64,000 nt of DNA from Eledone cirrhosa. Its lineage: Eukaryota. The notes beneath the pieces are model-generated. The model was not told where the DNA came from, did not search any database, and worked only from the letters and a program-made list of their open reading frames with translations. This document shows positions 14,274 to 26,753 of the stretch, in pieces. Position 1 is the first letter of the stretch. Each line of letters begins with the position of its first letter. Both the position numbers and the translations under genes were made by a program. The stretch covers positions 59,272,001 to 59,336,000 of the forward strand of contig OZ024747.1 of the NCBI GenBank assembly GCA_964016885.1, given 5' to 3'.

Positions 14274-14445
14274 AATAATTGTTTCTACTTTAGGCACAAG
14301 GCCAGCAATCACCCAGTGCATTACTGGTACTTTATTTTATCGACCCGTAAGGATGAAAGGCAAAGTCAACCTCGGCGGGATTTGAACTCAGATCGTAAAG
14401 GGACGTAACTATGCTGGAAAGCATGGCGTCCGACCCTCTACCGAT
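14274..14445 (-). mobile_element. tRNA-derived SINE, slightly 5'-truncated
   Basis: Family consensus match; TSD ATAATGAAT. Confidence 0.9.
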
Positions 14446-14690
14446 AATGAATGAAATCCATCAAAATACTTCAAGTAATTGAAATGGAATGTATTTTCAA
14501 TAAAAATAAGGTCACGATATGGTTGAAACAACGATGACAACAGCAACAACAAAAGCACGGACGATGGAGGTGGTGGCATAACAACAACAGCACAACAAAT
14601 ACAACAACAATAACAACAACAAAAAAATGAGATTTGTGTTTAATATATTTTAATACTTCTCTCAATAGATAATTTATTGATATATCTTAT

Positions 14691-14738
<48 letters not shown>

Positions 14739-14773
14739 TGTGTGTGTATGTGTCTATATATATATATGTATAT

Positions 14774-14808
<35 letters not shown>

Positions 14809-14825
14809 GTGTGTGTATGTATATG

Positions 14826-14862
<37 letters not shown>

Positions 14863-14871
14863 ATGTATATG

Positions 14872-14904
<33 letters not shown>

Positions 14905-14961
14905 ATGTATATATATATATGTGTGTGTATGTATGTGTATATATAAGTATATGTGTGTGTG

Positions 14962-15265
14962 TGAATGTGCTTGTAGACACCTGAAATATGGGCATTGTTA
15001 GTTTAAGAGAAACTTAACAATAAGGAGTGGCATCCCAATTTGAACTTGTTTATAGAATTCCTTCTGCCTTTGTCCCTCTATATATAGCTTTTAAAGAATT
15101 AGCTTTTAAAGATTTCCCTTTTCTTTAAACCCATCAACCAATGACCTCCACCCATGCCAAGCCCCACCCTCTCCTACCACCAGAAAAGATATAAATACCA
15201 CCATATTTACTTGGACAGTCAGCTTCCTGATGATTTCTCTAGTCCTGTAGAAGCTTTTCTATATT
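14962..15265 (+). mobile_element. Penelope-pLTR/retrozyme-like unit, family B, hammerhead internally deleted
   Basis: Homologous to 26990-27277; agcttc CTGATGA tttct-ctagtcctgTA gaagct lacks the 16 nt that contain GAAA. Confidence 0.75.
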
Positions 15266-15279
15266 AAATATATATATAT

Positions 15280-15352
<73 letters not shown>

Positions 15353-15453
15353 GTTAAGTCTCAGACAGGAACAAAAACAGAGGGGCAGTACAAATATGAG
15401 TTTATTAGGTTCACGCTTGTGAATGTGTGTGTGTGCGTGTAGGGGGGGGGGTG

Positions 15454-15518
<65 letters not shown>

Positions 15519-16000
15519 TCTAAACTATAATAAAGGGGGGAGCGCGGGACTGCGTACGGTTTATAATTTTTTATCCCATTAGTAAAATAAGTTGGATTAC
15601 TTTGAATAAATAATGAATGAATATTACATAATTTATCTACTAAATTTCGTGGCTGTTGATTAAATATATTTTGTTTATTTAAAGATTCACTTCTTTAAAA
15701 TTTCTGAAATGTCAACACTTCCGGTGGCGATCGCTTAAATAAACATATTAATTTTCTGTCACTAATTTTCTCCTAATGCAGTTTATATATAATATCGTCG
15801 TTTTTAATGTATCATGGATTACGTTACTGATTACATAAGACAGTGTAACGCAGTCTTCATTCAATTTCTATGTATTATATATTGTCAATTACGATTTTAT
15901 TTGATGTATCATATCTACATATATATACACCTGCGTATAATATCAATATACACACTACACATGCTAGCAGAAAACCACCCGAGGCTGGTTTTTCTGCTAG
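15519..16000 (+). mobile_element. Possible non-autonomous Helitron-like element
   Basis: a|TCTAAACTATAATAAA start; ends in hairpin CTAGCAGAAAACCA..TGGTTTTTCTGCTAG|t. Confidence 0.45.
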
Positions 16001-16260
16001 TATATATAATGGGAAATATTGAGGCTGCATTAATAAACTCTGGTATTGCCAACCTTGAATCAACGCCTGGGGGTTAATATTATAGCCCTAGGATGATTGT
16101 AGGTTGGCAGAAACTTGTCAGATTGACAATATGCAGCATTTTTGAAATTAATATATAACATCTCTGCATGAACCTTATGGCATTGAGCTTTTAACCAACC
16201 GATAATGTAGTTTTAATACTCCAGTTAATATTATTGTTGCTACTATTATATATACATATA

Positions 16261-16536
<276 letters not shown>

Positions 16537-16697
16537 TTTATATATATATATATAAATCAAGAAAGAAGAGTGACATGGTTTGCTATACAATAAGGGCTTT
16601 ATTCACATTGCTGACAATTGTTTCTCTGAACTGGTAGGTCTAGAGATCGCTACCCGCCTGTTTTTGCGTCAATCGATCACCAATACTTTGTTATATA

Positions 16698-16757
<60 letters not shown>

Positions 16758-17468
16758 TCTATCCATATATATATATATATATACAAACAAGCATTTCAGC
16801 AGACCAAACACAAATAGAAAATAGTATGGTACCATGTTCAAATTTAGTCGGCGTTTAACGTGATTGTGTCAACTTTCATTATTTACTTGACACTTCATCA
16901 AATCTGACAAGGAAGCAATTGGCTTAAAGCAGCAGAACTAGGAATAAGACCAGTGAGTCCTATGTTGTTTTATTACAATCTCAGCAGGTTTACTGTGAAA
17001 TTGTCCTCTAGCCACAGGACAGCCACTAATATAACACTTCCGACTGGCTAGGTGATACCTTAATGAAATACTGAGATATAGTGTTAAAACAGACAAAAAT
17101 ATGTTGAACAGTTAAAATCTTATATGAAATATTGATCAACTAGAGAATGTAGATAAGTGTCAAGTGTTTATTATATATATGTGTGTTGTGTAGAGTGTGT
17201 GTGTGTGTGTGAGTGAGTGCGTGTGTGCGGTGTATGTGTGTGTGTATGTATGTGTGCAGTGTATGTGTGTAGTGCGTGTGTGTGTGTGTGTGTGTGTGCA
17301 GTGTATCTGTGTGTGTGTGTGTGTGTGTGTGCAGTGTGTGTGTGTGTGTGTGTGTGCAGTGTATGTGTGTAGTGTGTGTGTGTGTGTAGTGTATGAGTGT
17401 GTAAGTTTGTGTTCGACTGATTATCATTGACCAGCACACAAACCAATTTATGTGGCTGTATGTATGCA

Positions 17469-17502
<34 letters not shown>

Positions 17503-17513
17503 ATATATATATG

Positions 17514-17557
<44 letters not shown>

Positions 17558-17559
17558 CA

Positions 17560-17590
<31 letters not shown>

Positions 17591-17815
17591 TGCGTGTATA
17601 TATATATATATATATATATACATAATATTTATATATACATATATATATCGATTTATATGTGTATACATATATATATCGATTTATATGTGTATATATGTGT
17701 GTATATATGTGTGTATATATGTGTGTATATATGTGTATATACTACAAGACAATATCCATAATTTATTATGTGTACCAATTTCATTCAAATTATACAAGAA
17801 TAGAAAGAATAACAC

Positions 17816-17885
<70 letters not shown>

Positions 17886-18266
17886 ATACGTGTGTAATTA
17901 TGTATTTGTGTATGTGTGTAAATGTGGTTGTGTGTTTGTGCATGTATGTGTGTATATATGTGTGTGCATGTATATGTGTTTGTATATGTATGCATGCGTG
18001 TGTATAAATATATATGTGTGTGTGTATATATGTGTGCATGTATATGTCTATATGTGTGAGTGTTTGTTTGTGTGTATATATATGTATGTGTATAAGTGTG
18101 GTTTTGTGTTTTTTGTGTTTGTGCATGTATGTGTGTGTATATATATGTGTGTGTCTGTATATACATGCATGTGTGTAAAAATATACATGTGTGTGTATGT
18201 ATATATGTATGCATGTATATGTGTGTATGTATATATATGTGTTTGTGTGTATGTGTGTGAGTGTTT

Positions 18267-18323
<57 letters not shown>

Positions 18324-18466
18324 ATATATATCTGTGTGTGTGTTTGTGTATGTATGTGTGTATATGTATGTGTGTATATATATGTATGTGTGTATGTATA
18401 TGTGTATATATATATGTGTATGTGTGTGTGGGTGTGTATCTATATCTGTGTGTGCATGTATATGTG

Positions 18467-18516
<50 letters not shown>

Positions 18517-18664
18517 TATAAAAGAAACGTATATAGAGTTGTCGGAAATGATAGAATGTGAAAAGCTGTGGAGTATCATTACATTCGCATTTGTGTCTGT
18601 GAAATTAAATGGTCCTCCACCTCTAGCGACGACGAGTGTTACAGTTGTTTTACCAACGCAGCCT

Positions 18665-18895
18665 GTTTATAACATTAACTTGTAAGCCGCTGAACATTCA
18701 CATAGACACGTGTACCTTTAATGTAAATCCCAGGGAGATTCAGCGTGGTATGGTTTGTGACAAGTCAGACCCTCTGACGGGCTTCCGCGTAGATTCTGTC
18801 GACCAGTTTCCCTAACAAGAATTGGGTCGAGGTTCTGGTAAATGACAAATACCCAAAATGTAACGCAGTGACATCGAACCCGAGACCCAATGGAC
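18665..18895 (-). mobile_element. Diverged SINE of a second family (octopus OR/OK-like)
   Basis: GACGGGCTTC...ACAAG..TTGG...CCCAA..GT.ACGCAGTG..ATCGAACCC; related pieces at 21445-21615, 28277-28320 and 28740-28860. Confidence 0.55.
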
Positions 18896-18902
18896 CTATT
18901 AA

Positions 18903-18946
18903 TACTACTACTACTACCACCACTACTACTACTACTACTACTATTG

Positions 18947-19011
<65 letters not shown>

Positions 19012-19078
19012 GCTGCAGCTGCTTCTATTGCTACTACTATTACTACTACTACTACTACTGCTGCTGCTGCTTCTGTTG

Positions 19079-19114
<36 letters not shown>

Positions 19115-19142
19115 GCACCACCACCACTACTACTACTACTAC
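18903..19142. repeat. (ACT)n/(GCT)n microsatellite
   Basis: Direct inspection. Confidence 0.95.
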
Positions 19143-19706
19143 GCTTTATCGAGAATCAATTTTCTGGAATGGATGATTTTAGAAAAAGATGGAAATCAAG
19201 TGATGCTGTCAAGTCCACTTGAAGAGAAGTTAGACACAGTTCCACCATTCCAGTTTTTCTTTTGATCTTTACGTAAACAACATAACTGAAATTGCTATAA
19301 AAAATCATATCTGTGTGTCTTTAATATTTTTTCTTTATCTTTACTTAGTAATAGTTTACCTTCTGGCATCGAACTCGTGTCGGCGGGATTACAGAGTAAA
19401 AATGTCATTGGTTATAGATAAATATATGTAGTATGTTTATGGTCGTGTTGTTGACCTTACTTTTGATGTCTCTGTTATTATATAAACCTTTTTGATATGA
19501 AATCATCTGAAACTGCACTTGGTTCTATGATATAAAACTGTTTATTTTAAAGTGTGTATATGTATCGAAAACCTTTTTTTCTATCATAATTTTTCTATGT
19601 AAGGATCTTTGTTAAGTTATGTTCCAGACACCAGTTTAATAATGAGGAAGATAGTGATATTAGTAAATCCCTCCAATCTTTTTTTATTATTTTCACAATT
19701 ATATTA

Positions 19707-19930
19707 GGGCGGTGGGTTGGCAGTATCGGTAGAGGGTCGGACGCCATGCTTTGCAGCATAGAGTTACGGCCCTTTATGATCTGAGTTCAAATGACGCCGA
19801 GGTAAACTTTGCTTTTCATCCTTACGGTTGTCGATAAAATAAAGTACCATTCACACACTGGGGTCGATTTAATCGACTTTCCCTTACCCCAAAATAGATG
19901 GTCTTGTGCCTATATAAGAAACAATTATTT
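19707..19930 (+). mobile_element. tRNA-derived SINE, full length, long subfamily
   Basis: GGGCGGTGGGTTGGCAGTATCGGTAGA...GAGTTCAAAT...AGAAACAATTATT; TSD TTTTCACAATTAT. Confidence 0.9.
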
Positions 19931-20465
19931 TCACAATTATTTGTAAATCATTAGCAGTGTCTTTTATTAGATATATGGTAAAGAATGGATTAAGTAATGT
20001 CCACAGCAACAAATAGAGTACAAGGGATATTAACTGAGGTTATTTTGTCCTTCCGGGGTCAATATCATAAGTATCTGCGTCGATTCATTTAAGTGTTCTC
20101 TGTCCCAAAATGTGTGGGCCTCTTTATTTGCTAGAAATCATTATTGTAATTGCTCTCATGTAATTGTGACGGACTGGGGCTTAGTACTATCAGGTACTTA
20201 GCTTAGCGCACATGTAAGTTGAAGCCTTTGTTTAGAAAACTGTCATACCCTGGACCCTTAACTCATGACTGAATCGTAGAGGGTGCTGTTGCAATATACA
20301 ACGTGTCTTAGACATTAAAGACCCGATTGAGTCCATCCCACTCTATGTCTGAACACAGAAAATTTCTTCTAAAGAAAGAAAAAGAGAGAGGTGGTAATAA
20401 GAAAAGAACATAGAGGAAAAAACGACCCCAGTAAAGGACTGGTACTTTATTTTATTGCCATCTAA

Positions 20466-20655
20466 ATAATTGTTTCTACTTTTGGCACAAGGCCAGCAAT
20501 TATCTCAGTGCATTACTGCTACTTTATTTTATCGACTCCGTAAGGATGAAAGACAAAGTTAACCTCGGCGGGATTTGAACTCAGAATGGCAAGGACCGTA
20601 TCTCTATGCTGCAAAGCATGGCGTCCGACCCTCTACCGATACTGCCAATCCACCT
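20466..20655 (-). mobile_element. Young SINE nested in an older SINE (20420-20770)
   Basis: TSD CTAAATAAT; the flanks rejoin as CTGGTACTTTATTTTATTG...ATGAAAGACAGAGTTGACC. Confidence 0.85.
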
Positions 20656-21142
20656 AAATAATGAAAGACAGAGTTGACCTAGTTCAGAGTTAGATCTCAG
20701 AGCGTAGACAGCTGGAAAAAAATATTACAAACCGTTGTGTTCCATGCTCTAATGACTCTGCTACTTCACTACCTTCGCTGAAGACTACGTCCTCGAATTT
20801 ATCTGTATCATGTTTCTATGAATAAATAACATGAGTTCATTCTTCAGCAACACCCGTCTTCCTTCTAAATTCATTTAAGCTTCATAATATGGCGAGGAGG
20901 AGTGTAAAAACAAACCATTTTTCCCTGGAGTCCGGAAAAGTGTCAACCATCACAACTAATCATTGTGAATCTAAGTGAATGACATTAAAATATATATGAA
21001 GTCCAATGTATATTTAATGTCATCAATATGTAATGTAAACACGATAGCCTAGATAACAGCTATAACCTATTTAAAGTATCTTTTTGTCTAGCCCTAACAC
21101 AACTCACGTCCAACCAACAACTATTATTGAAACACCAGGAAA

Positions 21143-21362
21143 GGGCTGGGGATTCGCAGTGTCAGTAAAGCATCGGGCACCATGCTTCGTGGCATAGAGT
21201 TATGGCCCTTTACGTACTGATTTCAAATCCCGCCGAGGTTATCTTTACCTTTCATCCTTTGGGGGTCTATAAAATATAGTACCAGTAACACACTGGTGTC
21301 GATTCAATCAACTTTCCTCTCCCACCAAATTGCTGGTGTTGTGCCTAAAAGTAGAAATCATT
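21143..21362 (+). mobile_element. tRNA-derived SINE, long subfamily
   Basis: Family consensus match. Confidence 0.85.
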
Positions 21363-21723
21363 TTTGAAACACGACGATACTCGCTCGTTTTACATTTTGG
21401 GAGGTTTTGTTGTTTTGTTTTGTTTTCCTCGTGCAATAGACACTGGTGGGGCTTTATGGTTGAGAAACTTGCTTTGCAACCCACGTAATTTTCCGTTCGG
21501 TCCAACTGCGTATCACCTTAGATAAGTGTCTCCTACCATAATTTCAGGTTGAAAACAATGCTTTGTAACTAAAATTTGGCATCAAGAAATTGTGCCGAAG
21601 TCCATCGTTCACATATATATGAAGAAAAAAAAAGGAGGGGGGGGGGGGGAAACGGTACATATTTTAGTATTATTTCATCGCATTTTTTATTTTATTCATA
21701 TATAAACGATAAACTTCATCACA

Positions 21724-21801
21724 CAGGATGTCCCGAAAAATAGTATACATACTTCAACAACATTCTAATAAATGTGTGTATACATTTTGGGGTATACCCT
21801 C
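21724..21801. mobile_element. Tc1/mariner-like MITE, decayed
   Basis: CAGGATGTCCC...GTATACAT...GTATACATTTTGGGGTATACCCTC; same family as 54251-54367. Confidence 0.5.
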
Positions 21802-21817
21802 TATATATATATATGTA

Positions 21818-21888
<71 letters not shown>

Positions 21889-22230
21889 CCCAAAAAAATG
21901 TTTTTCCCACACGCCACCTACATCGACAACACGCATAAACACCACACACACACGTGCGTACCACCACATATTTACACATTCAGCCTCCGGAATCCCCCAC
22001 CCCCCACCCCTCTATCCACACCTCGGACACCCCGTCTCCCTCTCCCCACTCCACCCGCCACCACCCCTACACGCCCCACACCCTTCCACCACCTGTTTTA
22101 CCTCATTTTAATTTTATTTTGATCATGCCTTTATTTTTAATTTCATTTGCACAGTTTCCTCTCACCCCCTTTTTTCTATATGTCTCTCCACCACTCCCCT
22201 ACACACCCTTTGAACTCTCTTCCCGCACAC

Positions 22231-22270
22231 TTTTCACCTGAAGAAGGGCTTATGCCCGAAACGTCGTTCC
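22231..22270 (+). ncRNA. Minimal hammerhead motif (family C) within pLTR-like unit 21885-22360
   Basis: ac CUGAAGA a gggc uuau gccc GAAA cg UC gu, with AATAAA ~40 nt downstream; stem I only ~2 bp; second copy at 28520-28557. Confidence 0.6.
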
Positions 22271-22352
22271 CCACCACCACCCCACTCTCAAGAGCGTGAA
22301 ACTAATAAACCTTTGTTCGTACTGCCTCTCTGTTTTGTTCCCGTTCAATTTT

Positions 22353-22388
<36 letters not shown>

Positions 22389-22434
22389 TGAGATTCTACA
22401 GGACTAGAACTGTTTCATTCTTGAGAAATCATCA

Positions 22435-22487
22435 GAGATTCTTGATGATTTCTCAAGAATGAAACAGTTCTAGTCCTGTAGAATCTC
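22435..22487 (+). ncRNA. Type I hammerhead, family B, C3U variant, inside fold-back hairpin 22383-22494
   Basis: gagauuc UUGAUGA u uuc ucaa gaa u GAAA cag uucuaguc cug UA gaaucuc; stem I covaries with agcuuc/gaagcu of other copies. Confidence 0.75.
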
Positions 22488-22572
22488 ATCTATATTAAAA
22501 CTTTTATATTCTGCTCTGTATTGAGTACCTTACTTACTGTGGTTACCTCCGATTCAACCCGGAATAACTTAC

Positions 22573-22606
<34 letters not shown>

Positions 22607-22671
22607 GAAGGCAGATGATATAAATTCGAATCGGAGTCCGGCAAAAAGAGAATTTGCTCCGAAATCACCAG

Positions 22672-22764
22672 ACGTATCTGAGGAACTTGCGAATCCAGAG
22701 TCAGGTTCGATCCACAAACAGATCGCACTTCGAGTTGTTCGCCGGAGAAACAATTGTAATACGT
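22672..22764 (+). ncRNA. Type I hammerhead ribozyme motif, family D
   Basis: acguau CUGAGGA a cuugcgaa [..cgauc..gaucg..] uucgccgg a GAAA caauug UA auacgu, immediately followed by AATAAA; TATAAA at ~22619. Confidence 0.8.
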
Positions 22765-22809
22765 AATAAATTGTGTTCCGATGCATCACTGATTCTTCAT
22801 TTTCCATTT

Positions 22810-22874
<65 letters not shown>

Positions 22875-22876
22875 AG

Positions 22877-23422
22877 ATGGCGTGCTGCGTGGTTCCAAAT
22901 GGGTTACATATGAATAAAATTAGTCCTTCATCAGTGATCTTCCAGCCTTCATTGGTATTTCATCGCTTTAAAGATCATATACCTCTGGTTGGTGCGAGCA
23001 ACAGCTAAAGAAAGTCGTTGTGAGATGTAAAATAGGGTGAAACGAGCGAGTCATGTAAACAAGAGGAAGAAGGAGTCAAGTTCTTGAAATCGATGAACTT
23101 AAGTTTTGTGAAATCGTAGACGAGAGATAAAGACCATCCAATCTGGGTGAAATGTGAGCGAGAAAAGGATTTCACACAGGTCAAACGAGAGGAAGTGATG
23201 GAGAGGGGGTAGCAGAGAGTGAGTGAGTGAAAGTGTGAGGAAGGGGCTAACTGAGAGAGTGACTGGCAGAGGGGGTAAAAAGAAAGTGAGAGATACAGAG
23301 AAAGGGGAAGCAGTAAGAAAGAAACAGACGGGTCACAGCGGAGGAAAATATATAAATATATGAAAACATGGCGTGCTGCGTGGTTGCAAATGGGTTACAT
23401 ATGAATAAAATTAGTCCTTCAT

Positions 23423-23424
<2 letters not shown>
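22877..23424 (-). mobile_element. Partial-tandem pLTR-like unit (~490 bp) bounded by 57-bp direct repeats with half-hammerhead CTGATGAAGGAC
   Basis: ATGGCGTGCTGCGTGGTT(C/G)CAAATGGGTTACATATGAATAAAATTAGTCCTTCATCA at 22877 and 23368. Confidence 0.55.
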
Positions 23425-23469
<45 letters not shown>

Positions 23470-24132
23470 CATAAGTGTCTGTGTATACATAATATGATAA
23501 ATAATATATAATTGTATTATATAGCGGTTTCTGATTTTTGTTAATAATAATAAAAATAGTAATAATAATGTTATAATGCAAACGAAACGCCACATGAGAC
23601 TGAATCAATATATATTAAAATATATATGAATACATTTTATCTTTTTAGACATAGAGCTACGTTCCTCGCAGACGTTTCCTTATAATAAATATATACTTAG
23701 ACCATATGTTGTGTACATCAGTCGGCGTCAAACAAAACATTATTTGTAAATTCCTCTTTTATAAACACTGGAAGTTAATATAAACTAGAACTGAATCATA
23801 GCTTAACCTAATGAAATACCAGGAGTATCTATATATAGCTTTGAGCGATCTAAAATCATAGAATACAGTGTCCAACAGTCCTAAACGTGAACAGCCCGTC
23901 TGAGGAAGGAGCCCCGCTAGGTGGGGTGACTGTTGCAGCGGGCGTCGCTGTCTTATCCCCCTCTCGCCCCCCCCCCTTTCTTCCGTGGCCTAATAGTCTT
24001 TGTGTTTCACCTCCTTTTCTTCTCATTTATGGCATTCATAGTCTTTTCCTCTACTTTCCCCACACAGCCAGATCTGCCCTTCTTTACCCCTCCCCCCTCT
24101 GTTCATTACTTAAATTTGTTTTGTTGTATAAG

Positions 24133-25000
24133 TTCATTTTGTAAAATATAGTTGACGTAATATGTCTATATATAACAGACAACAAAATACTTCCATCCTA
24201 TTATAACTTCTTTTTGTAAAATATAGTTGACATAATATGTCTATATATAACAGATAACAAAATATTTCCATCATATTATAACTTCATTTTGTAAAATATA
24301 GTTGACATAATATGTTTATGTATAACAGATAACAAAATATTTCCATCCTATTATAACTTCTTTTTGTAAAATATAGTTGACGTAATATGTCTATATATAA
24401 CAGACAACAAAATACTTCCATCCTATTATAACTTCTTTTTGTAAAATATAGTTGACATAATATGTCTATATATAACAGATAACAAAATATTTCCATCATA
24501 TTATAACTTCATTTTGTAAAATATAGTTGACATAATATGTTTATGTATAACAGATAACAAAATATTTCCATCCTATTATAACTTCTTTTTGTAAAATATA
24601 GTTGACGTAATATGTCTATATATAACAGATAACAAAATATTTCCATCATATTATAACTTCTTTTTGTAAAATATAGTTGACATAATATGTTTATGTATAA
24701 CAGATAACAAAATATTTCCATCCTATTATAACTTCTTTTTGTAAAATATAGTTGACGTAATATGTCTATATATAACAGACAACAAAATATTTCCATCATA
24801 TTATAACTTCTTTTTGTAAAATATAGTTGACATAATATGTCTATATATAACAGATAACAAAATATTTCCATCATATTATAACTTCATTTTGTAAAATATA
24901 GTTGACATAATATGTTTATGTATAACAGATAACAAAATATTTCCATCCTATTATAACTTCTTTTTGTAAAATATAGTTGACATAATATGTTTATGTATAA
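24133..25000. repeat. Tandem repeat, 75-bp unit, ~11.5 copies
   Basis: TTTTGTAAAATATAGTTGAC(G/A)TAATATGT...CCATC(C/A)TATTATAACTTC every 75 bp. Confidence 0.95.
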
Positions 25001-25160
25001 TCTTAACGTTAAAATTCCACGAGGAAGTTGCCGGAGTATCGTCATGACATAAAATGTGTCTTGGACACTTCAAACCAGGCGGAGCCTATCTCTTTCAGAC
25101 TCGGAATATATCACAGTAAAACTGTGAGAGAGAGTAAGAAAGAAATATAAGCACTTATAA

Positions 25161-25204
<44 letters not shown>

Positions 25205-25378
25205 TTATCCCAGGTTCAATCGTGGGTGACCACAGTAAGTAGGTACTCAATACATAGCAGAGTGTAAATATTTAATATAGAAATGGCTTCTACAGGACTA
25301 GAACTGTTTCATTCGGAGGAAATCATCATTACTGATGATTTCCTCTGAATGAAACAGTTCTAGTCCTGTAGAAGCCAT
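25205..25378. mobile_element. Family B fold-back: two hammerhead cores back to back plus inverted tail
   Basis: Hairpin 25283-25378 centred just 5' of CTGATGA; both arms lack the stem I 5' strand. Confidence 0.75.
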
Positions 25379-25511
25379 ATATTATTATTATATATATTTA
25401 TTTATAAGAGATCTGAGAAAAACCACAGTCCCTCCATCTCAACTCTACTTTTGAAAAGTATTTATTAATAAGAGATGTGAGAAAAACCACAGATCCTCCA
25501 TCTCAACTTTA

Positions 25512-25547
25512 CTTTTGAAAAGCAGAAGAACTGCGAAACCGGTAAAG
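25512..25547 (+). ncRNA. Minimal hammerhead with U3-A8 compensatory core (family E)
   Basis: cuu UUGAAAA gcag aagaa cugc GAAA ccgg UA aag, then AAATAAA. Confidence 0.65.
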
Positions 25548-25659
25548 GAACCAAATAAATATATTTATTTTTTAAAGGAACCAAATAAATATATATATTT
25601 TTTTAAATATAAGACTCCAGTTGCATTTTCGATTTCATCTTTTTTTCTATATATATATA

Positions 25660-26314
25660 AGTAAAAATGGTGGTATTTATATCTTTTCTTGTGGTAGGAG
25701 AGGGTGGTGAGTGGGATGAGTGGAGGTTGTTGGTTGAAAGAGAAGGGAATTCTTTAAAAGCTAATTCTTTAAAGCTATAATTTATATGTAGAGTGACAAA
25801 GGCAGGAAGAATTCTATAAACAAGTTCAAAATGGAGTGCCACTCCTTATTTTTACGCTATCAATGCCTATATTTCAGGTGTCTACAGGATGGGTGGAGGT
25901 CATGGTTGATGGGTTTAAAGAAAGGGGAATTTTTTAAAAGTGAATTCTTTAAATCATTACTTAGAGTGACAAAGGCAGAAGGAATTCTATAAATAAGTTC
26001 AAATTTGGGGTGCCTCTACTTATTGTCAAGCTTCTCTTAGGCTATATTTCAGGTGTCTGCAAGCACATTCACACACACACACACACACAGATAAACATAT
26101 ATATACATATATACACATATATACACATACACACACATACACATGCATATATATATATATATATATGCACATATATATACACATACATACTTATTTATAC
26201 ATACACACACAAATACATATACATATATGTATATATAAATAACTTTTACTCCCACACACGCGCAAAAACCAAGCTCCTATACCCATATATGCATACATAT
26301 GTGTGTTATGTATG

Positions 26315-26347
<33 letters not shown>

Positions 26348-26700
26348 ATGTGTATAGCTGTGTGTGTCTAGACGTGTGTGTATGTATATGTGTATATATA
26401 TATATATGGGGGGGGGGTATATGCATATATGGGTATAGGAGCTTGGCTTTTGCGCGTGTGTGGCAGTATCGGTAGAGGGTCGGACGTCATGCTTTCCAGC
26501 ATAGTTACGTCCCTTTACGATCTGAGTTCAAATCCCGCCGAGGTTGACTTTGCCTTTCATCCTTACGAGGTCGATAAAATAAAGTACCAGTAATGCACTG
26601 GGTGATTGTTGGCCTTGTGCCTAAAGTAGAAACATTTATATATACATATATATATAAATATGTATTTGTGTGTGTATGTATAAATATGTATGTATGTGTA

Positions 26701-26753
<53 letters not shown>

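Noticed and set aside
19707-19800. tRNA gene
   Set aside because: A/B boxes belong to SINE heads; no cloverleaf, and followed by SINE body and TSD
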